Below, piece by piece: positions 25,175 through 39,050 of a stretch of 64,000 nucleotides of DNA. Under the pieces are notes generated by a model. It searched no databases. It saw only the letters and a list, made by a program, of their open reading frames with translations, and had not been told where the DNA came from. Position 1 is the first letter of the stretch; the number at the start of each line of letters is the position of its first letter. Made by a program: the position numbers and the translations under genes. The DNA is from Podarcis pityusensis (Eukaryota). The stretch lies in the NCBI GenBank assembly GCA_964106645.2, contig OZ067046.1, one strand, 5' to 3'.

Positions 25175-25624
25175 CCATTTAGACTACACAGAAAATGACA
25201 ATGGGGGGGACCCACATTTCTTCATCCAAATTAATATGACTATTCAATGTATCATTTCCAAAATTGCAGATGTGTTCAACTGATTACTTTCTTTATAACT
25301 GGTTTTATTTTATTCTGGTTTAAAATGCAGGTTGAAACACTTATGCCATAGTAGTGCACCTCTACAATGGCAGAACTCTGATCATCCCCACCACCAGAGG
25401 TTCTCTGCTGCCCCATCTCAACTGCGTCCAGCAGCATGCATCAAATATATGAGGGAACCATATTATTCACAAATTTATAACATGACAGTTCCATGACAAG
25501 CCATTGCTTTTCATTTTTGACCTGGCAACATGAGAACCATTCATTATTATTTTATAAACCTTATAGGAGTCACATTCCCTCCCAAGAATCTTAGACACTA
25601 AACAATTTTTTCTCAAATGCTTTT

Positions 25625-25626
<2 letters not shown>

Positions 25627-25668
<42 letters not shown>

Positions 25669-26063
25669 TTATACCCTGTCCATCTGGCTGGGCTTCCCCA
25701 GCCACTCTGGGTGGCTTCCAACAAAATATTAAAATACAGTACTCCATCAAACATTAAAAGCTTCCCTAAACAGGGCTGCCTTCAGATGTCTTCTAAAAGT
25801 CTGATAGTTGTTTTTCTCTTTGACATCTGGTGGGAGGGCGTTCCACAGGGAGGGCGCCACTACCGAGAAGGCCCTCTGCCTGGTTCCCTGTAACTTGGCT
25901 TCTCACAGTGAGGCAACTGCCAGAAGTCCCTCGGCGCTGGACCTCAGTGTCCGGGTAGAACGATGGGGGTGGAGACGCTCCTTCAGGTATACTGGACCGA
26001 GGCCATTTAGGGCTTTAAAGGTCCAGCACCAACACTTAATTGTGCTTGGAAACGTACTGGGAG
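25627..26063 (-). mobile_element. L2 LINE 3' end with (ATT)n tail
   Basis: (AAT)n run followed by typical squamate L2 3' UTR/ORF end (gggagggcgttccacagg...gagaaggccct...tttagggctttaaaggtc); same 3' end at 52523-52665. Confidence 0.85.
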
Positions 26064-27060
26064 GTGTTTTTGTACCCTATTCCAGACTATTGCGATTTCA
26101 TAGACTGTAAAAAAAATTAAAGATATCACAACTCCATAAATTCTCCATTATTTTAATTCTTTAGCCCCTTTAGTTTGTCCAGGGTATGGGTCTGAACACA
26201 TACCTCCCATATTCAAAGGTGCATTCATTTTCTCCCCCAAGATATATCCTCCACAACTTTTCAGTCCCTGTATTATAAAACAGGAGGCTATTAAAAGAAC
26301 AGGGTTTGCAGACATGGCAGCTTCAGGCACACATGCACCTTCCCAGACACCCACAGTGTCCTTTCCTAGCCCTTCTCCCTGCTGAAATTAGACTTGAATT
26401 CTATAAGCAGCCAAAAGAATAGATTGCGGTCTCCGTGTTATGTTGTGTTCACAACAGTTTCTCTGGTTTGCAAATGTGCCCCACGGCCCAAAAAGTATGG
26501 TGATCCCTAGAAGAACAAGACCTTTCCAGCTTCTGGAAATCTTATAACTGCATGGGCTATTCTACAGTAGTCAATCCAGCATGAATCATCCTACAGCCTA
26601 CTTAAAAGTCTAGATACACAGTGACTTCAATGCTATGCGCCAGCTCCATTCACCCAATTTAAATTTTACAGACTAGGGTTTGGGGAAGAGGGATGGGGGC
26701 TATACTATGTTTATGGGAAAAGTAGTTTTTGCACAAATGACAGAGGATATTTGCAATAGTTCTTGGCACCTAAAACAATTTATCCCTAACCTATTATCAA
26801 ATTCACCTCAAGTCTTGGAGTTGAAGCAGTCACTATTGTTGCAGACATTTTTGCTGGCGGTGTGTGACAAACGTAGTCTAGAAGATGGCATTTCAAGAAT
26901 TACTTTCTAAACTAAAGGGAACAGTGCAGGAAGAGACAAATTCATCTCTTTTGAGAAAATTAATTTGAAACCTTCTGTAGCCCACATTCATCTTAATAGA
27001 CAGTCATACAGCAGATTCTCAAACAGCCTACTCTAAAATGTTAAGCTATCAAATACAAGG

Positions 27061-27061
<1 letters not shown>

Positions 27062-27097
<36 letters not shown>
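27062..27097. repeat. (GT)n microsatellite
   Basis: Direct reading. Confidence 0.95.
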
Positions 27098-27101
<4 letters not shown>

Positions 27102-27544
27102 AATGAGCCTATACCAAGGAGAGGGGATTGAATGCATCTGGAAGAATTCAATTCCTCAACTCTCCACAGACCACTGTCCTATGAAGTCAGGTGTCTGGAA
27201 ATTTACACCACGTTTGCAAAAGAAGAATAGAGTGCACATTAAAGTATGCTCTCAATTCTTCCTTTGCACCCCCTGATTGAATTTGGCTCCTTTTTTTCTG
27301 TTGCCATGCAGGGCGGCAGAAAAAGGCACCACATTCTGAAAGTGATGAATTTTGCTTTTAAAAGTAGAATAGGCGACACATTCAAGATGGTGTTTCTGAG
27401 CCTTCCTTTGCATTGCAGCTTGAATTCCCATCCCTACCCCACCGCAGTCTAACGCTATATGACAGCAGGAACAGGAAAGTTTCACCCAAAACAGCCTGCA
27501 AGGCCAACTGCTGAGACTTAGCAGGCCTAATTGGGCCCACAGAC

Positions 27545-27800
27545 AGGGGTGGTGCATCCCATTTCACCACCTGAGGCAAAACAGGAACTGACGCCCTGCT
27601 GCCGCCACCAGGCTTTCGCCCGTTGCCGAAGTTGCATGGTAGCGAGCAGCAGGTTCCAGCAAGATCTCACCAGAAATCAGTGCCGATGCCAGCCCTACTT
27701 CTCCACAGATGGTGTGACAGGCTAGTCTTTCATGGGAGCACAGGGCTTCCACTACCCAAGGCAGCTGCTTCATCCCTCCTCACTGGTGGACCAGCCCTGC
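27545..27800 (-). mobile_element. GC-rich interspersed repeat (MITE-like), one of three copies
   Basis: Reverse complement aligns by eye to 48205-48452 (gcctcagg..aaatgggatg, accatgcaac, gagatctt) and to 37765-38022. Confidence 0.6.
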
Positions 27801-28551
27801 CCAAAGGACAGAGAGTTCCCACCACTAATCTATATCATCGGTTTTCAACCAGCACAAACCATAAGTGAGGCACACCCTCATCTAGTGTGCGATCTAGAGA
27901 ACAGAAAACAAGACAGGTGTATATGGTGAAAATCTACAAGTGGGTCCTTGTTGACCATTGGAGTGGCTCCTGAGTCTAGAAGGTTAAAGATACTTCATCT
28001 GGACCAAAGGCAAGATCTCCTTAAGCAACATCAGGGTTAGGATGCGACTTCTTCCTTTCTCCCCCGAAACAGCTTTTGACAAAATGCATAGCGCCCCTTT
28101 CCAACTGGCCTATTTAAATGCAGATGTCTTTTGGAATCTCTTTTGCACTCCCACTCCTTCCCTTATAGGCACACCTCTCTTGTTAGCCTTCCAGACATAC
28201 CCATTAACTTCCCTTTTGTATTGTTGATGACTTGGCATGCCACCTCTTAAAGCACTTCATTAGCATGTAAATGGAAACCTTGCCTTAACAGGAGGCACTA
28301 GCATGCAAAATACTATATGATTTAATGGAAAGTAAAACTTTGGTGTTTTTGTTTTGTTTTTGTTTTTTTTAAAAAACGGCCCTATATTCTTATAAAGGAA
28401 ACTTGTCTAAATGACAAAAAGGGTGGTGGTTTTTCCACATATTCTATGGGGCCTAGCCCAATGAGATGTTCCTCAGCATAAATCCAGCTGTAAAAAAAGA
28501 GAACCACACAAGACTCTAATTTGTGTCCAGTGTGTAGGTGATTCTCTAAAG

Positions 28552-28687
28552 CAGGCTTCCTCAAACTCGGCCCTCCATATGTTTTTGGCCTACAACTCCC
28601 ATGATCCCAAGCTAGCAGGACCAGTGGTCAGGGATGATGGGAATTGTAGTCTCAAAACATCTGGAGGGCCGAGTTAGAGGAAGCCTG
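28552..28687. mobile_element. hAT MITE (CAGGCTTCCTC TIR)
   Basis: Long TIRs and a perfect 8-bp TSD CTCTAAAG. Confidence 0.93.
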
Positions 28688-29097
28688 CTCTAAAGAAACT
28701 CACCAAGTTTATACTGCAGATCAATTTTCATTAGCTGGCGACATTCATTGGACAAGAAGTGGTTGAGCCTTTAGTGTCATTGGCCCAGTGCAGTACAATA
28801 TTCTGCCAACAGAGATTCAGCAGATGCCTTCTGTTTCAACTTTTAAACACCTGCTGAAAACTTCTATTCTGCCAGCCTTATGGAGGCAATTAAGAAGACA
28901 TCTTTACATAGTAGTTAGCTGACTTCTGCTTTTAACTTTTTTATATGCTTTTATGGATGATTGTTGTAAACCACTCTGATTTTTTTTATAAATAGCGGTG
29001 TATACATATTTATATAACCAAAGGAGTAAAGACATATCTGGTCTGAGCTATTTTCTATGCATTGAAGTACATTGGAAGTCTGTATAAACTCCCTCTT

Positions 29098-29328
29098 GTT
29101 GTTGTTGTTTAGTCGTTTAGTCATGTCCGACTCTTCGTGACCCCATGGACCAAAGCACGCCAGGCACTCCTGTCTTCCACTGCCTCCCGCAGTTTGGTCA
29201 AACTCATGCTGGTAGCTTCGAGAACACTATCCAACCATCTCGTCCTCTGTCGTCCCCTTCTCCTTGTGCCCTCAATCTTTCCCAGCATCAGGGTCTTTTC
29301 CAGGGAGTCTTCTCTTCTCATGAGGTGG
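29098..29328 (-). mobile_element. BovB/RTE LINE 3' end, 5'-truncated
   Basis: Translation REDSLEKTLMLGKIEGTRRRGRQRTRWLD...HGVTKSRT; (CAA)n tail; 9-bp TSD CTCCCTCTT. Confidence 0.93.
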
Positions 29329-31360
29329 CTCCCTCTTACCACATTGAAACTGTACCAGCTTGACGACAGGCAGGATTATTATACCTACATAGTGCCCACT
29401 ACAGGCCTCTAACAGAACAATCCAACATGTCACCTCAGAAGTAAGTAGCTCAAAAGAACTTAATCCCAGGTAAGAGAATATAGTATTGCAGCCAAAGTGT
29501 GCTTCACAATTTAGGGCCATGCTGATTTTGAAAATGACAATTTCTGGCCTCTATAAAGTGTTGGCGAGTTGTAAGGAATGAAGTGTAAGTGTTCTCTCAC
29601 ACAAATGAAGGAGCAAAGTGATGCAAGCATGCCCTGTGTACCACACCAACAAGCATTTCTTATAGTTGCAAGAGGTCTGTCACTCCACATTTCCACAAGA
29701 CCTCAATTTCTTGCTCGTTCTACCAAAGGTTCTGAACTGCAGCCACAATGATTGATGTTTAGCTTTGAACTTCTGCAGGGAGATGTCACGACTGCTTGTG
29801 ATTAACTTGGCTAAAGGGGAAGGAAACAGAATGCCCAACCCTCCAACCCTGGGGGGTCTGTAGCGATATTCATAAAAACCAGGCAGAAGTGATGAGATGC
29901 CAAGAATTTGCATTTCTTAATGCAGAATTCCTGTCCTCGTTCACTTTGCGGGGCCCTAAGGCTCTGCATCAATAAATATAGATAGACTTTCCAATAAAGG
30001 GAACAAGACAGAAATACAAGCACACACTGAGTTGCCTGGAATACTGAATACCCTCTCAACCTGCGAAGCATGGCAACAACAAGAGTATCAGAGTATATGG
30101 AGGAAGCAATTCATGATGGCCTTCCTCAGCTGTCCTAAGTCCATAGGTCCAGTGTTACTTCCTTGACCTTCCTGCAATGGCAAATAATCTACACGTTCGA
30201 TTTTACGCAGCCATCATTGTTTCCAAACCCTCTAGATTCAGAGAACCTATTCTTCTGCAATGTTTTCCCACAAGACATCACTTTCTTTCCCTTTCCTTCA
30301 CAGTAAGAGGACTGCTAACATGGTGGCAATTGTTCCAAACTGCTGCTAACATATTCACTGAGAAGAGATGGTGTTAAATAGTCTGTAACATCCCATTTTA
30401 CTTGCACATCTGCATTAACCTTTAAGGCTGCTATTAAAAGAGTGCCAAATCTCCTCTGTGCTAAATAAAAACAGCAATGTGTAGGTTAAACACATTGCTT
30501 CATCCTCCCAGCCTGCGATCTGGAGGTGTTTTATTCAGCAGTATCTGCATTCCCCCCCCCCCCCCCCATTTAACAAGCAGCCCTCACTTTGAAACTCACA
30601 CATACTTTTCTCAGTCTTGCTATGTGCATCAAAGTGCAAAAGAAGAGGAAGCAAATCCACAGCCTGTCACTTTTGTCTCGGGTTCAAGTTTGAATTCTGT
30701 TTGTTAATTCACTCTCGGGACAAAGGCCAGCTTGGTTGGTGCAGAATGGGATATAAGAACTGCCGCCTGTCTTGATGGATTTGATGGAAAGGCAGGGCTG
30801 TAATGAGAATGGAAGAGAATCGGGAAAATACAGTACTCTGTCACTCTGAACTAGAATGGTGTCATAGCATGGCTGAGGATTTAAGTGCACTTTAACACTG
30901 ATAAGAGAGGCAACATTTTGTTTCTCCAGCAACCGTAAGTCAAGCCTCTTCCACACAAGAATTCTCTTTCATTTTTATCAGAATTTAGATGTCACGTGGA
31001 TAAATTATAGACATTCTTACAAAAAAGCATGCTGTGAACACCTTAACCAGGTGTCAGTCAGCAATGATGATGATGAAAATGGAAGTTGCTCCACATCTAA
31101 CACCCATAACATGATTGGCAACTGTCACCGAGGGATGAATGATGGAATCTCAGTACAGGGAACTCTTGCACTCACAAATGCTCACTGATGGGCATGATGC
31201 CTGACAGACATGGAAACCTTTCCACTAGTCGGGCTTTTTATGCCACTGCCAAATCAACAGAAACCTACCGAGAAAAAATTGTCAGGAGGACCGGTGGGTG
31301 GCAAAACCCTGAAGCTATCTGTCTGCAATTTGCTAGGATTAATCCCCTCATAAGGACCAG

Positions 31361-31602
31361 TTCCTGCCAACCTAGCAGTTCGAAAGCATGTAAAGTGCAA
31401 GTACCGCTCCAGCGGGAAGGTAAATGGCGTTTCCGTGCGCTGCTCTGGTTTTGCCAGAAGCGTCTTAGTCATGCTGGCCACATGACCCAGAAAAACTGTC
31501 TGTGGACAAACGTCGGCTCCCTCGGCCAGTAAAGCGAGATGAGCGCCACAACCCCAGAGTCGTTCACAACTGGACTTAACTGTCAGGGGTCCTTTATCTT
31601 TA
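31361..31602 (+). mobile_element. Sauria SINE, 5'-truncated
   Basis: Body cctgccaacctagcagttcgaaagc through the ggggtccttta tail. Confidence 0.88.
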
Positions 31603-31821
31603 AGGAGCTACAAATTGTCTCCAAAGCTCATGCCCATGTGCAATAAAAAAAAAAAACCTAAAAAGTTATGTCCATGTTAATTTTAAAACATTTTAAACCG
31701 TGTGAAAACCTCTGGTGCTACCTGTCTGCAATGTAGCATAACTAATCTCCTATTGGGGTGCTACAGAGTCTCCAGTTTCATGCACCTATGTAAAAAACGA
31801 AACAAAAAAAAATGATATGGC

Positions 31822-31825
<4 letters not shown>

Positions 31826-31859
<34 letters not shown>
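31826..31859. repeat. (TA)n microsatellite
   Basis: Direct reading. Confidence 0.95.
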
Positions 31860-31862
<3 letters not shown>

Positions 31863-32044
31863 TAGCACATAAATCCTTGGCCTTGGAACAACTTCTTATA
31901 TGCAGTTTGGCAGGGTTAATCCTCCATGCAGAAGCTAGCATGTCCCAATGTGAACAAACAAGAAAAGTTATGGCCATTTCGGTTTCCAAATGCAAGTCAA
32001 TAGGATTCCTGAATATTTGTATTTTTCAGATAGCAATTTGGATC

Positions 32045-32182
32045 CCCACTGCCTACACTGACTGGTAGCCCCCTCTCTGGGGTTCCAAGTCAAGGATCTT
32101 CCCCAGCCCTTCTGGGGAGGGATCGAACCAGGGACCTTCTGCAGGCAACCCACATGCTCTGCTCCTGAGCTACATCCCTTCC
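32045..32182 (-). mobile_element. Squam3-like tRNA-derived SINE
   Basis: Reverse complement: gggatgtagctcagg..agagcatg..cagaaggtccctggttcgatccc (A and B boxes). Confidence 0.7.
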
Positions 32183-33412
32183 TCAAAGGCTGTCGAACAT
32201 ATTACATACATGATGGAAAAATCAGGTGCTAAGGATGCAGGTTGAAGGATAAAGAGATGGTACTTCTAGAGGGAACTGGGAGCAACTCATCAAGCTACAG
32301 CAGATCAACAGGAGCCCAAGAAACAAAGGCTAGCAGCAACTCCCTCAGTACACAGATTTTGTTAGGTCCATTAGGGCAAATGAGCTGCCGCCCCACCAAC
32401 CTCAGCCTGTCTTCACCTTCACTTACTTGCAACTAGTGCAGGACATGACAGTGCCTGTTGGGTCCCTCCTGCTTAGTCTCAGTGTTGTTCTTGTACAACT
32501 AAGCAGGGAGGAGGATGGGGACAGAACTAGACTTAGTTGTTTATGCCTATTATTGGCTCTGGCACCAACTTCTGTTGGGCTCCTTGCCTTTTGCCCTACC
32601 AGTCCCAATGGACACCAGCTGCCACTAAATCAGACCTATGACGTCTCTTTCCGGAGATGAACTCTGGTAATATGACACCCTGAGCAAAGCCAACATTTGG
32701 CACCCCCCAAAATCAATCTTCTCCGTTATGGGTCTTCTCAATTTTGCACCCTCTTAGCTCGGCGCCCTAGGCGGGGGAAGTGCCCACACTGCTCTAATCC
32801 TTCCCTACACATTACATATAGAATTCAGAATCAGAACTATGCAGCAAAGTCTCAGAAATGTGGACCCCGCAACAGATGTAACGCCATTAACTTTTAAGTT
32901 TAAAATACCTTCTCTGTTTCAGTTACCTGCTTGATATAAATTACATGAAACAGTAAGAGAAGGCTTTGCTGATTACTGCATTCATGAAGTTTAAACAGTT
33001 GAAATCCCTGACATTCTCAAGCCCAGGAGAGACATTCTTGCAGGGGGACTGAAAAAGTTATTTACTTTAATAATAAAAAACAACAACCATCCCTTCTGAG
33101 TTCCTTATGCAATGAGCCTATGAATATTAATGTTTTCTTATTTTCTCACCTTTGCGATGTGGTAATGAAATACCTCCAGGTTGCAAGTGATGCAAATTAA
33201 TTACTTGTGTTTGATTAGCTAGTTCCAAAGAAAGATGGGGGGAGGGGGAGAGAAAAAAGGAGGAGTGTGAAACCAATATAGTTCAAATACTTTTCAAAAA
33301 ATAAGAACACCCAGTTATAGTTGAATTAACATGAAAGAAAATTAGGCAGCGACCTATGAATATGAAGAGATGCCAAAGTTTTCAGAGCAAACTACAAGTG
33401 CCATGTGGAATG

Positions 33413-34385
33413 AATCATAGTATAGAGTTGGAAAGGACCCCAAGGGTAATATAGTCCAACCCCCTGCAATGTAGGAATCTCAACTAAAGCATCCATAACA
33501 GGTGGCTATCCAACCTCTGCTTAAAAACCTCCAAAGAAGGAAAGTCCATCACCTCCCAAAGGAGTCTGTTCCACTGTCAAACAGCTCTTACTGTCAGAAA
33601 GTTCTTCCTGGTGTTTAGTCAGAATCTCCTTTCTTTTAACTTGAAGCCATTGGTTTGAGTCGTGCCCTCCATATCAGGAGAAAACAAGCTTGCTCCATCT
33701 TCCATGTGACAGCCCTTGGTATTTGAAGATGGCCATCCTCTTTTCTAGGGCCAACCGTTCCTCATAAGGCTTGGTTTCCAGAACCTTGATCATATTGGTT
33801 GCCCTCCACTGCACACAATCCAGCTTGTCAATATCCTTCTTAAATTGTGGTGCCTAGAACTTGACACAGTATTCTAGGTGTAGTCTGACCAAGACAGAAT
33901 ACTGTAGTACTATTACTTCCCTTGACCTGGATACTATACAGCCTAGAACAGCATTAGCTTTTTTTGCTGCTGCATCACACTGTTCACTCATGTTAAGCTT
34001 GTGGTCTACTAAGACACCTAGATCCTTTTCACATGTACAGTGATACCTCTACTTATGGACACGATCTGTTCTGGGGTGCCGTTTGCACCCCAAAAAGTCT
34101 GTAAGTAGAGAGTCGCTCATGCAAAGTGTGCAGAACGCTCCTGTGCATGGCGAAACCCGGAAGTATACACTTCTGGGTTTGCTGCATTCACAACCCAAAA
34201 ATCTGCAACATGAACCCAACGCAACTAGAGGTATGACTGTACAACTGGTAAGCCAAGTATCCCCCATCTTATATGTGCACAGCTGGCTTTTCCTGCCTAA
34301 GTATAGAACCTTCCATTTACATAGAAATTCATTTTGTTCGTTTGGGCCCAGTACTCCAATCTGTTTAAGGTTGTCTTGAATCCAT
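33413..34385 (-). mobile_element. Older CR1 LINE 3' fragment interrupted by a MITE
   Basis: Reverse complement is homologous to 19730-20540, with stops and indels. Confidence 0.9.
34038..34239. mobile_element. Tigger-like MITE nested in CR1
   Basis: TA-CAGTGATACCTCTA ... TAGAGGTATGACTG-TA, splitting the CR1 sequence at acatgTA. Confidence 0.85.
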
Positions 34386-37300
34386 TCAGTTTGCCTATTT
34401 AGAAGATATGTGTTCCCTCTCCTTATGTCAATCAAGCATGGAAATGACTGCGAAGCCCTCTAAACATGAAGAACGTGCCAAATGCAAGCAAATATATCCC
34501 TTCTCCAGCCAAATCAGCAGCCCGCTCTTTGCTTAACACTCTTTCTTGTTAGCTCTTTGGAAGCTTTCCATTCATTGCTAAGGCACAGGAGTGCAAATAA
34601 ATGGAAATACAGGTCTATTCCCTCTCTAGACCAGCTCATTCTCACTGGATAGCATCTGGATGGGGTATTGCGCCACAACCAGTGGAACGGGGTAGAACAC
34701 AAAAAATAGTTTCCTTTTTGCTGGGGATATTTTCAGTCATCTGTGAAATCCTAATCTTCCAAGTGCTTCATTAAACAGTTCTAAAGCATTAGCAACTTAC
34801 TAACTTTGCCACACTTAATAAGCACACATTCTGAAACTGGGACTAATTACACAAATAAAAGCCCAGTAATGTAAGGAAGAAAATCCGCATAGTCAACCAA
34901 CCACAAGATAATGAAGAGTAATTTTCCTGGAACCACAGACATCGCTAAAGGAAAAGGATGCTTTAAATTAAGAGCATAAGAAGTTGCCATTGTGTTATCT
35001 AGCTCATTATTTCCTGCACTAGCAATGGTCTTCCAAGGTTTTAGACAGGACCACTTTCCCAGTCCTACCTAGTGACCGCCTGCATCCACGACGTATTTGC
35101 CACCATTGAGTTACAGAGTTCCCCTAGTTTACTTCCTCTAAAGGATGAACAGTATCAATTTATACATTGATGGGTTGGGTTTTGCCATTGGTTTGCCCTG
35201 TGAATGTGGTAGGCTATTGAAGTGCAGTTAGGACAGTACTGGATGTGAAGGCCCCTGTTTCCGAACTTAGACATGAAAACTCAATGGTCAGCCTTGAACC
35301 AGTCAGAATGTCTTGGCCTAATCTACCTCAAGGGATTGTTGCGGGAATAAAATGAGCTAATGATAAGTATGCCACCTCAGGTAGCTTCGGGGAGAGATGG
35401 TGTGCTAATGTATAAATGAATAATGGGCATAGAAGCTTATACTGCTCATCCAGCATCAACATGTGACCTGCATAAGATCGGCCCAGCCTCCCAAAAAAAC
35501 AGTTTTGTTCTGGGTGAGATTGCAGCACCCAAAATGGCTGCCGTCCTCTCACATGAAAAAAAAATGAGATGTCCCACTTTTCCCAGGATCGTTGAGGGGT
35601 ATGCACTATATGCAGCGATGCAGCAGCATCCTATATGAGTGCTATTTATTTATTTATTTAATAAAATTTATACATCTGATTGTAAAAAAATAAACAAAAA
35701 ACACCTCAAAGTGGTTTACAAAAATATATATAATCCAGGGCTACTGCTCTAGTGGGAAGCCTATGTAACCTTGCTGGGGTAGGGCAGAATGAGAAATAAA
35801 AAGGAGAGCCCATGGCCTGTATGGAAAAACAACATTTGGAACCAGCCTCTAATTGCAGAAATGAATCGCTGATGGGCAATTGTGATTTATTTTTCACAGT
35901 TTAGCAGAAGAATCAGGCTCTGTGCTAATTAGGCTCCTGAACAAGTGAAAGAAACGTAAGATTCTACATGTGAACAAGAATTACATTTTCTTTTTCTCTC
36001 TCTCTCTCTCACCCCAGCCTAGAATATTAAATCGAAGAGATTATTCCATTGATATTTTGTACCCCCATTCTCCTCCTCCTCCCGCCCCACCCTTGTCGAA
36101 ACTCACCATGCTGCTATAAATGAATTCATTAATTTTTAATCTCAAACACTTTCAATTAATTCAGGATGTGAAAGGTTAGATTTGAAATAAGGTGCAACAC
36201 AAAGGGGATGTCAGGCACCCTGATGGGAGCCAGATTGGCTCTGATCTTACACATTCTGAGTGAGATGTTGTTGTTCAGTTTTAGATGAAGGGGCTCATTA
36301 TCTCCAAGATAATTGCCCAGATGCCATATCAGTGAGGTCACACTAAACAAAGCTGTGGTTTCTGAACCAGTCTTTAGCTAATCAACAGTTAACAGTGGCA
36401 GCAGTGACTTTAGGAAAATGTCTCGTGACTCACGAAACCAAGATCTCTGCCCTAGCAAGCCAAGAATAGCCATTTCTTTGCTCTCCTTTTGCTTCTCAAG
36501 GTTTGAAAACAGATCATGGGGCAGGTGGATTCAGACACCTCTTGGGGTGGGCACTACCGTAATTTGCACAAACAACCTGAAGTCAGATGAAGTGGTTTTA
36601 TGAGCTTAGATGATGTATTTGAAGCTTTTTTGTGCACCGAATGCACCAAGATTAGCATGTCTATGACCTACAATACCTGGGAAAACATGTCAAACTTTTG
36701 CTAGGCCACACACTGGGGATGTCGGGGAAGAGGGAAGAGACTGTGGGACAGGGGTGCTAATGTGAATAAAACGTTGTGGGGACCCAGCGTGTTAATATAT
36801 TTTCATTTGCTTGAATCTTATGTTGCTTTGTTCCATTTTAATAGAGATCTGCACCTGCTTTTTCATTTGCTCCTACCTCCACTCAGCTTTGGGGTTGAGT
36901 ACTACATTTCAATATATTCACCGTCAAATATATGGCTTTCTGCCTCTTGGAGCTGCTATCCCATATGCACCCAGTATATTCAACAGGGCTCCCTTCTGAG
37001 TAGACATGGATAGGATTGCACTGTAAATAACTCACAGATAAGATTTGGCAGGGACAGTAACCCAATGTCTTTCTACCTTTGCAGATTCAGTGATGGAAAT
37101 ATTAAGAAACTAAGACCCTGTGGGCAGCAGTATACTTCCCTCTTCCTGTCAAGCTTCGAGAAAAAGCCAAATTCGAGGAAGAAGCCTGAAGTAAAATAAC
37201 TGCAGAGAAATGCTCTCCTCTCCATCCTGACTCTACAGAAAGGAACAGGCAAGTCCTTTCATTTTGAAGGCCAAAGCTGAACTCTGGTGAATGTCAGTTC

Positions 37301-37764
37301 AAATTAAACCCTGGGGCTGCAAGCCACAATGGATGGACCCACAATGTTCCCCATGATATATAGAGCTCTTCTGCAATATAAAAATTGGGAGATGATAAAA
37401 AGGCAATTGCAAAATCTCATCTCACATTGCAATTCATACTGACACAACAGGCCTATTTGCTACTTCCGAATCATTTGCGCCAAGTACTTTCTCTCAAGAT
37501 CGTTATACCCAACAAATATCAATTTCAGCTAGTTGATCTAGTTAACTTTAATCTGGTAAGTGGTCAACACCAACTTGCTCCACAAAGAAAATTATCAAGA
37601 TCATAGATTGCAATCCATAAGCCACTCGACACTGAATATAGGGAGTTAGTACTTTGGGGTATATCAAGGGTTCAAGATTAAGAGATTTATAAATGCTTTT
37701 GTTCCAGATCCTTGGGGGGGGGGGATTACTTCTCTTGAGACAGCAGCCGAAAGACACTTACTAG

Positions 37765-38022
37765 CAGGGCCAGCCTGTCTATGAGGCAGGGTGAAGTTGC
37801 CACTTGGGCAGCGGAAGCCCCAAGACAGTGGCCCTGTAGACGCCCTGTCCTCCCTGCTGCCTCTGTTGCAGGCACCACGCAGGATTTTGGCAACATCTCA
37901 CTGGTACCCGCTGCCACAGCTTCACAACCCAAGGAAAGGAGGTGGCAGCAGTGGGGTAGCGGCAGGGCAAGATGGCATGTTCCCGTTTTGCCTCAGGCTG
38001 TGAAATGGGATGTGCTGCATCT
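37765..38022 (+). mobile_element. GC-rich interspersed repeat, copy 2
   Basis: Shares atgaggc..gcagcggaa..cccaa at the left end and ttttgcctcagg..aaatgggatg at the right end with 48205-48452. Confidence 0.55.
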
Positions 38023-38082
38023 GCTTACTATGGAGAAAGCCTCAATGAAGCAGTGGAACACTAACAGAATTGTGCTTCATGC

Positions 38083-38250
38083 AGGGGTGGGGCCATAGCT
38101 TAGTGGTTGGAGCATCTGCCATGCATTCGGAAGGTCCCAGGTTCAATCCAGTTAGGGCTGAGACTTGGAGCCTGAAATCCTGGTGAGCTGGTGCCAGTCA
38201 ATACCGAGCTGGGTGGATCAATGGTCGGACTGAGTATAAGGTAGCTTCCT
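38083..38250 (+). mobile_element. Squam3-like tRNA-derived SINE
   Basis: ggggccatagcttagtgg (A box), gaaggtcccaggttcaatcc (B box), tail agtataaggtagcttcct. Confidence 0.8.
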
Positions 38251-38914
38251 AATCATGGATTCCTGCAATATTCTCTTTTAGACCACCTTTTCTGCAAGGA
38301 ATTTTGTGCATGCTTTGAAACCCAAGACTCCTGCCACTTGCTGGTTTTTGAATTGCAGCACACTTTTTTGCGGGGGAAGGATGATGCTGAAAATGCCACT
38401 TTCGCCTGCTGGTTCAGTATTGTGGAACATTTTGCTTGTTTCTTGGAAGAGAAAGAGAGACCCCCGCTAACAGTTTGCATCTTTGGGTTAGCTGTGAGTA
38501 CAGGCAATGAGCAAGCTTGTCATTGGCACATCTAGTCATTCAGAGAAAGTAGAGTTGGCACCCCAGGTTACTGTCATGGCTTTGACTATGCTACTATTCT
38601 TGTTGTTGATGCTGTTCATTAACATAGATGCTGCTGTTCAAGCATATCTCAGGTGTTAGGACATATCCAGATATCCAAGGGGACAGCTAACCAAACTGGG
38701 GTCCCAGGTTGTTCTGGCTAGAACTCAATTTATAACACTGAACTTAGCTCTGGGTATTTATCCAAAGGAAGACACAAAATTATTGGTGCATTTCAGCCTC
38801 CAAATTTTCCCTAGCCCAGATGTTATGTCACCCCACATAAATCCCATGATTTAAAGTGCCCTGACATGTATCAAAACAGCAATACTGCATGAAGTCTACC
38901 CCAGTACCCAAGAC

Positions 38915-39050
38915 CAGGCTTCCTCAATCTCGGCCCTCCAGATGTTTTAAGACTACAATTCCCATCATCCCTGACCACTGGTCCTGCCAGCTAGGGATCA
39001 TGGGAGTTGTAGGCCAAAAACAGCTGGAGGGCCGAGGTTGAGGAAGCCTG
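38915..39050. mobile_element. hAT MITE, same family as 28552, opposite orientation
   Basis: CAGGCTTCCTCAA TIRs and a perfect 8-bp TSD CCCAAGAC. Confidence 0.93.
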
